Of a DNA stretch of 64,000 nt, positions 30,655-38,640 are shown piece by piece. The stretch's first letter is position 1. Every line of letters begins with the position of its first letter. The DNA comes from an uncultured Acidimicrobiia bacterium (GTDB lineage: Bacteria; Actinomycetota; Acidimicrobiia; Acidimicrobiales; AC-14), in contig CAWIIV010000006.1 of NCBI GenBank assembly GCA_963836205.1, positions 480,001 to 544,000 on the forward strand. Reading direction: 5' to 3'. The notes under the pieces are model-generated. The model was not told the DNA's origin. It made no database searches and saw only the letters and a program-made list of their open reading frames with translations. The position numbers were made by a program, and so were the translations under genes.

Positions 30655-30696
30655 CCCTCCATGCTTCCACCCGGGGATGACGATCGCGTTACGCGC

Positions 30697-30996
30697 CGGG
30701 CAAGTGGCTCGAGTCCGCCACGGAGGGGGTGTTCGTGGCGATCGCTCGGTGGGAGGGTGGGCCGGCCCCCGGTCCTGTCCGAGCAAGTGGCACGAGTCCG
30801 CGACGGAGGGGGTGTTCGTGGCGATCGCTCGGTGGGAGGGTGGGCCGGCACCCAGTCCCCGGCGAGCAAGTGGCACGAGTCCGCCAAGGAGGGGGTGTTC
30901 GTGGCGATCGCTCGGTGGCGGGCGGGCCAGGCACCCGGTCCCCGCCGAGCAAGTGGCACGAGTCCGCCACGCAGGGGGTGTTCGTGGTTTGCTCGC
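30697..30996. repeat. 83-bp period array (x3.6): 52-bp imperfect palindromic core + 31-bp related linkers
   Basis: GCAAGTGG recurs at 30700, 30783, 30866, 30949. Confidence 0.9.
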
Positions 30997-31029
30997 CGGG
31001 TGTCGCAGCCACCCGATTGAATGGGCCGC

Positions 31030-31929
31030 ATGGCCGACTTGGAACTGGCCGCCCTCGCCGCATTCCAAGGGGGACTCGTCACGCACGACCAAACACGCGA
31101 CCATCTCACCCAGGGGCAGATCGAGGCTCGGCTTCGGGCCGGACGCCTCGTCGTCGTACGTCGCGGTGTCTATCGACACGCGGGCGCGCCGGTCACCCGG
31201 TCGCAGCCGCTCCGAGCCGCGCTTCTGGCCGCGGGTCCGAACGCCGCCGCCTCGTTCTGCTCGGCGGGCGAGCTCTGGAGGCTGCCGGGGATCGTTGCCG
31301 CGGTCCCGGAGCTGACCGTGCCGTGGCCAGCGCGGGTACGACTACCGGGGGTGCGGTCCCATCAGAGTCGGGCCATTCCGCCGTACCACGTCACCGTCCA
31401 CCAGGATCTCCGGGTGACGACGCCCGCCCGGACCCTTGCCGAGTTGTCCGCCCTTGTCGGACCGAAGCAGCTCGGACGGATGGTCGACGACGGCCTGCGC
31501 CGGCACCTGCTCGACCTTGAGGACCTGAGAGAGGCCTACGACGTGCTCGCCTGCCCAGGGCGGCGGCGGCTCACGGTGCTGCGGGCGATCCTTGAGGCTC
31601 GGCTCCCTGGCTTCCATCCGGGAGACAGCCCGGCGGAGCTCGACGTGCGGCGGATTCTGGTGCAGGCCCGGCTCGGGGAGCCGGTACCGCAGTACCAGGT
31701 CGTCGTGGGGGAAACGATCTATCTCCTCGACTGGGCGTACCCCGACGATCGCATCGCCGTCGAGTACAACGGCTGGGAGTTCCACCGCAGCCGCAGCTCG
31801 TTCGACCACGACGCGGCCCGGTCTAACGCGCTGACGGCGGCTGGGTGGCGGCTGATCGTCGTCACATCGGCCACCGAGCCCAAAGCGCTCGTCGACAACG
31901 TTCGGGGTCTCCGTTCGGCCGCCGCGTGA
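31030..31929 (+). CDS. AbiEi-like N-terminal domain + DUF559/Vsr-like endonuclease-fold protein
   Basis: AAFQGGLVT...VRRGVY; VTTPARTL; DSPAE; [31 protein letters not shown]. Confidence 0.8.
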   Translation: MADLELAALAAFQGGLVTHDQTRDHLTQGQIEARLRAGRLVVVRRGVYRHAGAPVTRSQPLRAALLAAGPNAAASFCSAGELWRLPGIVAAVPELTVPWPARVRLPGVRSHQSRAIPPYHVTVHQDLRVTTPARTLAELSALVGPKQLGRMVDDGLRRHLLDLEDLREAYDVLACPGRRRLTVLRAILEARLPGFHPGDSPAELDVRRILVQARLGEPVPQYQVVVGETIYLLDWAYPDDRIAVEYNGWEFHRSRSSFDHDAARSNALTAAGWRLIVVTSATEPKALVDNVRGLRSAAA

Positions 31930-33056
31930 CGACGGTCGTGTTCACCGACGGGGCGTGCCTGGGGAACCCGGGGCCGGGGGGGTGGGCGTGGGCGGTGCCG
32001 GGGGGGCGCTTCGCCAGCGGGGCGGAGGCGCACACCACCAACCAGCGCATGGAGATCCACGCCGTGCTCGACGCGGTGCGCGCCCTCGAAGGTCCGATGG
32101 AGGTGGTGAGCGACTCCACCTACGTCGTGAACTGCTTCCGCGATCGGTGGTGGGAGTCGTGGATCGCCCGCGGTTGGCTGACGTCGGCCAAGAAGCCGGT
32201 GGCCAACCGCGACCTGTGGGAACCCCTGATCCAGGAGGTTCGACGCAACCCCGACCGGATCACGTTTCGGTGGGTGAAGGGCCACAGCGGCGACGTGAGC
32301 AACGACCTTGTCGACCGGCTGGCAGTGGAGGCGGCCCGAACCCAACAGGGTCGCACCGGCGAAGGCGCCCCCACCGACCTCGGCGCACCCGACGACCCGA
32401 CAGGCACCGCCAAGGCCAGGGGCGCCGCCTCGGCCAGGAGGGCCGCCCATGGCACGGACGCCGCCACAGCGAAGGCGACGACGGCCACCGCCGGCAGCCG
32501 GCTGCCGCCCGGCCGGCTGGTGGCGATCACCGGTCACCGCCCGCCCGAGCTCGGCGGCTACGACCCCGACAACCCGGTCGCCAACGCGGTTCGCGGCAAG
32601 CTCACCGAGATCCTTGTGGCCAAGCGCCAGCTCACTCCCGACCTGGTCGTGCTCACCGGCCTCGGACTGGGCGTCGAGCAGGTGGGGGCCGAGGCCGCCC
32701 TCGCGACCGAGGTCCCCTTCGTGGCCGTCCTCCCCTATCCCGACCCCGACGCGGTGTGGCCGGCCGACGCTCGCCGCCGCTTCCGGCATCTCCTCGACCG
32801 GGCCACGACCACCCTCGTCCTCGAAGCCAGGCAGCCCGCCACCAAGCAGCTGGCCGGTGCCGCAATCCGCCGTCGCGACGCCTGGCTCGCCCGCCACGCC
32901 CAGGAGGCAATCGTGGTGTGGGACGGACACGACGCCAACGTCGGCCGCACCCTGCGCTCCCTCCAGGACGCCATGGGCGAGGAGGAGGTGTGGGTGGTCA
33001 CGCCACCGGTGCCACCGGCGCCACCGGCGGCGCCACCGGCGGCGCCAGCCGGCTGA
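31926..33056 (+). CDS. rnhA: Ribonuclease HI fused to YspA/DUF1273-like SLOG domain
   Basis: FTDGACLGNPGPGGW, TTNQRME, SDSTY, WVKGHSG; then AITGHRP..TGLGLGVEQ..VLPY..IVVWDG. Confidence 0.85.
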   Translation: MTTVVFTDGACLGNPGPGGWAWAVPGGRFASGAEAHTTNQRMEIHAVLDAVRALEGPMEVVSDSTYVVNCFRDRWWESWIARGWLTSAKKPVANRDLWEPLIQEVRRNPDRITFRWVKGHSGDVSNDLVDRLAVEAARTQQGRTGEGAPTDLGAPDDPTGTAKARGAASARRAAHGTDAATAKATTATAGSRLPPGRLVAITGHRPPELGGYDPDNPVANAVRGKLTEILVAKRQLTPDLVVLTGLGLGVEQVGAEAALATEVPFVAVLPYPDPDAVWPADARRRFRHLLDRATTTLVLEARQPATKQLAGAAIRRRDAWLARHAQEAIVVWDGHDANVGRTLRSLQDAMGEEEVWVVTPPVPPAPPAAPPAAPAG

Positions 33057-33759
33057 CCGGCAGCCGCCCCCGCTCCACGGCCACCGGCGAGTCCCGCACC
33101 CGGGCCAGCCAGGCCAGGAACTCCGACCGCGGCACCGCCATCACCCCCAGAGAACCCAGGTGCTCGGTGGGGATCTGGACGTCGACCAGTGCACCGCCGG
33201 CGTCGCCCCACCGCCGCACCAGGTCGACGAACGCCACCTTCGACGCGTCCGGCTCCCGGTTGAACATCGACTCTCCCGTGAAGCACCCGCCCACCCGCAC
33301 CCCGTACAGCCCACCGACCAGCCGCCCGTCGGCATCCCACACCTCCAGGCTGTGGACCCAGCCCAGCCGGTGGAGTCGCGCGTAGGCGGCCCGCATCTCG
33401 GCCGTCACCCACGTCCCCTCGCCCGACGGCCGGTCGGCGCAGGCGGCCACCACCTCCTCGAAGGCGGCGTCGACGGTCGACGCCCACCCGCAACGCCGCA
33501 ACCGTTGCCGCAACGACTTCGAGACGGTCGCGCCAAGGGCGACGTCGAGCACGCCCCGAGGGTCGGGCGAGAACCACGGCAGGGCCACCGTCTCGTGGGG
33601 CCAGGGGAAGATGCCCCGCCGGTAGGCGTCGACCAGGGTCTCCACCGCCAGGTCGGCACCGAAGGCGATCAGCCCCGTGCCCTCGTCGGCCGTAGCCCCG
33701 TCCGGCAGCCGCCACGCCGACCGCGCCACCCTCCTGGGTGGCGGCGCCGGGTCAGCCAC
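32998..33759 (-). CDS. aat: Leucyl/phenylalanyl-tRNA--protein transferase
   Basis: AYRRGIFPW, WFSPDPRG, HSLEVW, GGLYGV, GESMF, ASKVAF. Confidence 0.92.
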   Translation of the reverse strand: MADPAPPPRRVARSAWRLPDGATADEGTGLIAFGADLAVETLVDAYRRGIFPWPHETVALPWFSPDPRGVLDVALGATVSKSLRQRLRRCGWASTVDAAFEEVVAACADRPSGEGTWVTAEMRAAYARLHRLGWVHSLEVWDADGRLVGGLYGVRVGGCFTGESMFNREPDASKVAFVDLVRRWGDAGGALVDVQIPTEHLGSLGVMAVPRSEFLAWLARVRDSPVAVERGRLPVSRLAPPVAPPVAPVAPVA

Positions 33760-34897
33760 TCGCCGGCGGGCGCACCACGGCCAGGTACACCGCCCGCACG
33801 GCCAGCGCCTCCCGCACCTCCCCGAGGACGTCGTCGAGGAACTCCCGCCGGTACGTGATGTCGGTCAGCACGTAGACCGTGAAGTAGAAGCCGGAGAAGG
33901 CGGTGAGGAACCCGGCCACCTGCAACAGCTCCGAGGTCAGGGCCACCGGCCGGCCCCACCACTGCCAATCGGCGAGCACGTTGACCGAAACGCCCGACCA
34001 CAGCGCGGCCGTCGCCGGCGTCACCGTCAGCAGCCCGAACACCACGAAGAACACGCCGATCATGAGGCTGACGAGCACGATCTGCACGCCCTGGCTGAAC
34101 AGGACGACCAGCCCCAGGTTCACCCACTGACGACGGGTCAGCGGCGGCGACGGCACCGGCCCGGTGACCAGGTCGGCTGCCGGCGTCATCGCCGCCACCT
34201 CGGGCACGTCGGCCAGGTCGGACGAGATCCCCTTCACCTCCCGGGGGATGCGGGCGACAACGAAGACGATTCCGACGAGGGCGAACAGTCCCATGGTGAC
34301 GGCCAGGAACGGTCCGTCGAGGGTGGCCGCCGCCTGCCACACCTCGGCGGTGAGGAACAGGAACGTCACGAACAGCAGGAGCAGGGGCATGGCCCGCACG
34401 AAGAGGTTGAACACGTCGCCCAGCTGGTGCCCGAGCCGGCGCACCGCCCATCGGGTCATCGGTACCAGCCCGTAGCTGGTGGTGGCGTAGATCAGCCCCA
34501 GGAAGACAAGGTTGCCGACAAGGGTGTTGAGCGCCGTCAGCCGCTGCCCGCCGGCGAGCAGGGGCAGGACGGCCGGGACCAGGACGAACACGGCCAGCTC
34601 GGTCGGTCCCACCCGGTCGGGACGAGCGAGCAGGGGCCGGTGGCGGACGGCGTTGGTGAGCGCCCACACACCGAGCAGGGCGGCGAAGCTGCCCCCCGCG
34701 ACCAGGACGTTCACCCACCACGCCCAGTGGGAGTTCAACGCCAGGGCCAGCTCCAGCAGCAGGATCAGGGTGAGGGTCGGGAGGGTGCGGGTGAACACGT
34801 CCCGGGTGACGCTGTAGCCGTCGATGAAGTGGGGGATGCCCCGGGACAGGAACCACTCCTCCACCCGCCGCACGACGATGGGATCGGGCGTCTCCAC
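33752..34897 (-). CDS. Hypothetical polytopic membrane protein
   Basis: EEWFLSRGIPHFI, RAMPLLLLFVTFLF..EVWQ; many TM helices; start approximate. Confidence 0.75.
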   Translation of the reverse strand: METPDPIVVRRVEEWFLSRGIPHFIDGYSVTRDVFTRTLPTLTLILLLELALALNSHWAWWVNVLVAGGSFAALLGVWALTNAVRHRPLLARPDRVGPTELAVFVLVPAVLPLLAGGQRLTALNTLVGNLVFLGLIYATTSYGLVPMTRWAVRRLGHQLGDVFNLFVRAMPLLLLFVTFLFLTAEVWQAAATLDGPFLAVTMGLFALVGIVFVVARIPREVKGISSDLADVPEVAAMTPAADLVTGPVPSPPLTRRQWVNLGLVVLFSQGVQIVLVSLMIGVFFVVFGLLTVTPATAALWSGVSVNVLADWQWWGRPVALTSELLQVAGFLTAFSGFYFTVYVLTDITYRREFLDDVLGEVREALAVRAVYLAVVRPPASG

Positions 34898-34927
34898 CCG
34901 GACAGTGTGGTGGGCGAGACTCGTCCC

Positions 34928-36706
34928 GTGCGTTGCGGCGTCGATACCGGGGGCACCTTCACCGATGTCGTGACCGACGACGGGACGATGGTGAAGGTGC
35001 TGAGCACGCCCGACGACCCGGCGCGGGCGGTCGCCGCCGGCATCGACGGCCTCGGGCGCCCGGCCCTTCTCGCCCACGGGACCACCGTCGCCACCAACGC
35101 CCTGTTGGAACGGCGGGGCGCGGTGGTGGCCCTGGTGACCAACGAGGGCTTCGCCGACGTCATCGAGATCGCCCGCCAGGACCGACCGTCGCTCTACGAC
35201 CAGTGGGCCGACCGGCCCGAGCCCCTCGTCCCCCGCCGCCTCCGCCTGGAGGTCGGCGGGCGCCTCGACGCCACCGGTACCGAGATCGAGCCGGTGGCGG
35301 ACCCTCCGTCCGTCCCCGACGGCGCCGAGGCGGTCGCCGTCTGCCTCCTCCACGCCGACCTCAACCCGGCCCACGAGCGGGCGGTGGCCGACCGCCTCCG
35401 GGCACGGGGCCTCGACGTCACCATCTCGTCCGACGTCTCCCCCGAGTTCCGGGAGTACGAGCGCACCGTCACCACCGTCATCAACGCCTACCTCCGCCCC
35501 CGGTGTCGTGACTACCTGCGCCAGCTCGACCGCCTGGCGGACGAGGTGCTGGTCATGACGTCGGCCGGCGGGCTGATCCCGGCGGCGGAGGCCGCCGAGC
35601 TGCCCGTCGCCCTTCTCCTGTCGGGACCGGCGGGCGGCGTCGTTGCGGGTGCGGCCGCGGCCGCGGCGGCCGGGTTCGCCGACGCCGTCACCTTCGACAT
35701 GGGCGGGACCAGCACCGACGTGTGCCTCATCCAGGGCGGCGCGCCCGAGCCCGCGCCGGGTCGGGTCGCCGCCGGTTTCCCCGTCCGCCTGCCCGCCCTC
35801 GACATCCACACCATCGGCGCCGGCGGCGGGTCCATCGCGTCCGTCGACCCCGGCGGGGCCTTGGTGGTGGGGCCCTCGAGCGCCGGCGCCGACCCCGGTC
35901 CTGCCTGCTACGGACGGGGCGGAGAGCGGCCGACCGTCACCGACGCCGACCTCGTCCTCGGCCGGATCCCGGTGGACGCCGCCTTCGGCGACCTCGGCCG
36001 GCTCGACGCCGACGCCGCCCGCGCCGCCCTCGACACGGCCGGAGTGACCGCCGAGGGCGTGGTGGCCGTGGTCGACGCGGCCATGGAGCGGGCCGTCCGG
36101 GCCGTCACCGTCGAGCGGGGGGTCGATCCGTCGACGGTGGCCCTGGTGGCATTCGGCGGCGCCGGCCCCCTGCACGCCTGCGCCATCGCCGCCGCCCTGG
36201 GCATGGCCGCGGTGGTCGTCCCGCCCCGGGCAGGCGTCCTGTCGGCCGTCGGCCTGCTGTGCTCGCCCCGCCAACGCGACCTGGTGCGGTCGTGGCCGAC
36301 GCCCGCCGACCATGCCGGACTGGCCGAAGCCGCCGCAGCCCTGGCCGCCGAGGCCCGCGAAGCGGTCGGTGGCGACGAGTCCGATGTCGAGGTGACCACC
36401 GCCTTCGACTGCCGCTACTCGGGCCAGAGCCACGAGCTCACGGTCGCCTCCCCCGCCGGCTTCCCCGACGAGCACCGCCGCCGCAACGGCTACGCCCGTC
36501 CCGACGCGCCCGTCGAGATCGTCGCCGTGAGGGCCCGGGCCCGGCGGCCACCGGCCCTGGCCCCGACCGACCTCGCGCCCCCGTCCACCGAGCGTCACCC
36601 CACCGTCGGCCCCGCGGTCGTAGTCGAGCCCGACTGCACGGTGTGGGTCCCCGAAGGCTGGTCGGCCGACGTCGCCGACGACGGCAGTTGGGTGCTACGC
36701 AGGTGA
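34928..36706 (+). CDS. Hydantoinase/oxoprolinase subunit A
   Basis: GVDTGGTFTD, HGTTVATNA, SGPAGG, DMGGTSTD, GAGGGS, AFGGAG. Confidence 0.92.
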   Translation: MRCGVDTGGTFTDVVTDDGTMVKVLSTPDDPARAVAAGIDGLGRPALLAHGTTVATNALLERRGAVVALVTNEGFADVIEIARQDRPSLYDQWADRPEPLVPRRLRLEVGGRLDATGTEIEPVADPPSVPDGAEAVAVCLLHADLNPAHERAVADRLRARGLDVTISSDVSPEFREYERTVTTVINAYLRPRCRDYLRQLDRLADEVLVMTSAGGLIPAAEAAELPVALLLSGPAGGVVAGAAAAAAAGFADAVTFDMGGTSTDVCLIQGGAPEPAPGRVAAGFPVRLPALDIHTIGAGGGSIASVDPGGALVVGPSSAGADPGPACYGRGGERPTVTDADLVLGRIPVDAAFGDLGRLDADAARAALDTAGVTAEGVVAVVDAAMERAVRAVTVERGVDPSTVALVAFGGAGPLHACAIAAALGMAAVVVPPRAGVLSAVGLLCSPRQRDLVRSWPTPADHAGLAEAAAALAAEAREAVGGDESDVEVTTAFDCRYSGQSHELTVASPAGFPDEHRRRNGYARPDAPVEIVAVRARARRPPALAPTDLAPPSTERHPTVGPAVVVEPDCTVWVPEGWSADVADDGSWVLRR

Positions 36707-36772
36707 CAGCCCCTGACGAGCCCGGAGGTGGACAGTGAGTCGTCGGCGCGATGACAAGCCAGGTGGAGGGAC

Positions 36773-37096
36773 GTGACCAGGAAGGTCACGCTGCGGGCGG
36801 AGCGCACGGGCTCCGACTACCGCCACCTGGAGGCCTACGTCGACGAGGCGGGCCACCTCCACATCGACGGCCAGGACCTCGGGCCGGGCACGGCCATCGT
36901 CAGTGACGACGGCGAGTACGAGTGGTTCGAGACGATCGACGCCGACCATCTCCCCCGGCTCGTCGTCCTCCTCGGGGGCCAACTGGGCGAGCACATCCTC
37001 GACGTCCTCGAGCGGGCGTACACCGGCGTCGGCTCGTACGAGTTGGAGAAGCGGCTGCGGGAGAGCGACATCCCGGTCACGCGCCGCGTCTGGTGA
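36773..37096 (+). CDS. Hypothetical protein between oxoprolinase A and B
   Basis: 107 aa, GGAGGG before GTG, stop overlaps next start (GTGA). Confidence 0.65.
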   Translation: MTRKVTLRAERTGSDYRHLEAYVDEAGHLHIDGQDLGPGTAIVSDDGEYEWFETIDADHLPRLVVLLGGQLGEHILDVLERAYTGVGSYELEKRLRESDIPVTRRVW

Positions 37097-38637
37097 GCGG
37101 GCTGGGCGCAGCCGAGCTGCAGATCCTCATCTCCCGGCTCACCGGCGTGGCCGAGGAGATGGGGGCGGTGCTGCGGCGGGCCGCCTTCAGCCCCAACATC
37201 AAGGAGCGGGCCGACTGCTCGGCCGCCCTGTTCACCGCCGACGGCGAGCTGCTGGTGCAGGCCGAGCACATCCCCGTCCACCTGGGATCGATGCCGGCGT
37301 CGGTGGCGGCGGCCATCGCCGCGTTCGGCGACGGGCTGACGCCGGGCGACCAGGTCGTCCTCAACGACCCCTTCGCCGGCGGCACCCACCTCAACGATCT
37401 CACCCTGGTAGCACCGTGTTTCCTCGACGGCCGGCTGGTGGGATGGGCGGCCAACCGGGCCCACCACGCCGACGTCGGCGGCATGGCGCCGGGGTCGATA
37501 CCGGCCGACGCCACCGAGATCTACCAGGAGGGGCTGCGCATCCCACCGGTGCTGCTCACGGCCGCGGCGGAGGACATCCTGTGCGCCAACTCCCGCACCC
37601 CCGCCGAGCGCCGGGGCGACCTCGACGCCCAGCGGGGGGCCAACGTGGTGGGTGTCGAGCGGCTGGCGTCGTTGGCCGCCACCGGCGCCCCCTTCGACGA
37701 GGTCACCGCCTACGGCGAGCGGCGGATGCGGGCGGCGCTGGCCGAGGTGCCCGACGGGCGGTGGACGTTCGCCGACGTGATCGACTCGTGCGGTCCGTCG
37801 CCCGAGCAGCAGCATCCGGCCCGGATCGAGGTGACCCTGACGGTCGACGGGGAGACCGCCGCCTTCGACTTCACCGGCACCGACGCCCAGCGGCCGGGGA
37901 ACGTCAACGCGGTGGAGGCCGTCACCGTGAGCGCGGTGGCCTTCGCCTTACGGTCGGCCACCGACCCCACCATCCCCGCCAACGGGGGCGCCCTGCGGCC
38001 GGTCACCGTGATCGCGCCGGCGGGCTCCCTGGTGGCGGCCCGGCCCCCGGCAGCGGTGGGGGCGGGCAACGTCGAGGTGAGCCAACGGGTGGCCGACGTG
38101 TGCCTGGGGGCCCTGGCCCTGGCCCGACCGGGGCGCCTGGGCGGGGCCAGCCAGGGGACGATGAACAACACCCTCGTCGGCGGGACGGGCTGGGTCTACT
38201 ACGAGACCGTCGGCGGCGGGCAGGGCGGCCGCCCCCGCCGGGCCGGGATGAGCGGGGTCCACACGGGGATGACCAACACCAAGAACACGCCGGTGGAGGC
38301 GTTGGAGCGGGCGTATCCCATGCGGGTCCGCCGCTACCGGCTGCGGCGGGGGTCGGGCGGCGAGGGGTCGGCGCCCGGCGGCGAGGGCATCGAGCGCGAC
38401 CTGGAGATGCTGGAGGACGTGACGGTCTCGCTGATCACCGAGCGCCGGTCGTCACAGCCGTGGGGCGCCGACGGCGGCGGCCCGGGGGCGGCGGGTGAGA
38501 ACTGGCTGGTGCCGGCGGGCGACGAGTCCCGCGCCGAGCGCCTCCCCGACAAGTGCACGCTCCACCTGCACGCCGGCGACGTCGTCCGCCTGCTCACGCC
38601 CGGCGGTGGCGGATGGGGCCGCGGCCCCGGAGGCTGA
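37093..38637 (+). CDS. Hydantoinase B/oxoprolinase subunit B
   Basis: FSPNIKERADCS, HIPVHLG, NDPFAGGTHLND, TPGGGGWG. Confidence 0.92.
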   Translation: MSGLGAAELQILISRLTGVAEEMGAVLRRAAFSPNIKERADCSAALFTADGELLVQAEHIPVHLGSMPASVAAAIAAFGDGLTPGDQVVLNDPFAGGTHLNDLTLVAPCFLDGRLVGWAANRAHHADVGGMAPGSIPADATEIYQEGLRIPPVLLTAAAEDILCANSRTPAERRGDLDAQRGANVVGVERLASLAATGAPFDEVTAYGERRMRAALAEVPDGRWTFADVIDSCGPSPEQQHPARIEVTLTVDGETAAFDFTGTDAQRPGNVNAVEAVTVSAVAFALRSATDPTIPANGGALRPVTVIAPAGSLVAARPPAAVGAGNVEVSQRVADVCLGALALARPGRLGGASQGTMNNTLVGGTGWVYYETVGGGQGGRPRRAGMSGVHTGMTNTKNTPVEALERAYPMRVRRYRLRRGSGGEGSAPGGEGIERDLEMLEDVTVSLITERRSSQPWGADGGGPGAAGENWLVPAGDESRAERLPDKCTLHLHAGDVVRLLTPGGGGWGRGPGG

Positions 38638-38640
38638 CCC

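Noticed and set aside
30697-30996. CRISPR array
   Set aside because: The 31-bp 'spacers' are homologous to each other, the repeat is 52 bp, and no cas genes are in the window
32998-33056. 59-bp convergent overlap of rnhA and aat containing a 12-bp repeat
   Set aside because: Low-complexity Pro/Ala tails from local repeat expansion; no sign of function
23148-33056. A Thoeris operon (TIR + SLOG)
   Set aside because: The two genes are 7-8 kb apart, separated by housekeeping genes, and no SIR2 or Macro effector is present
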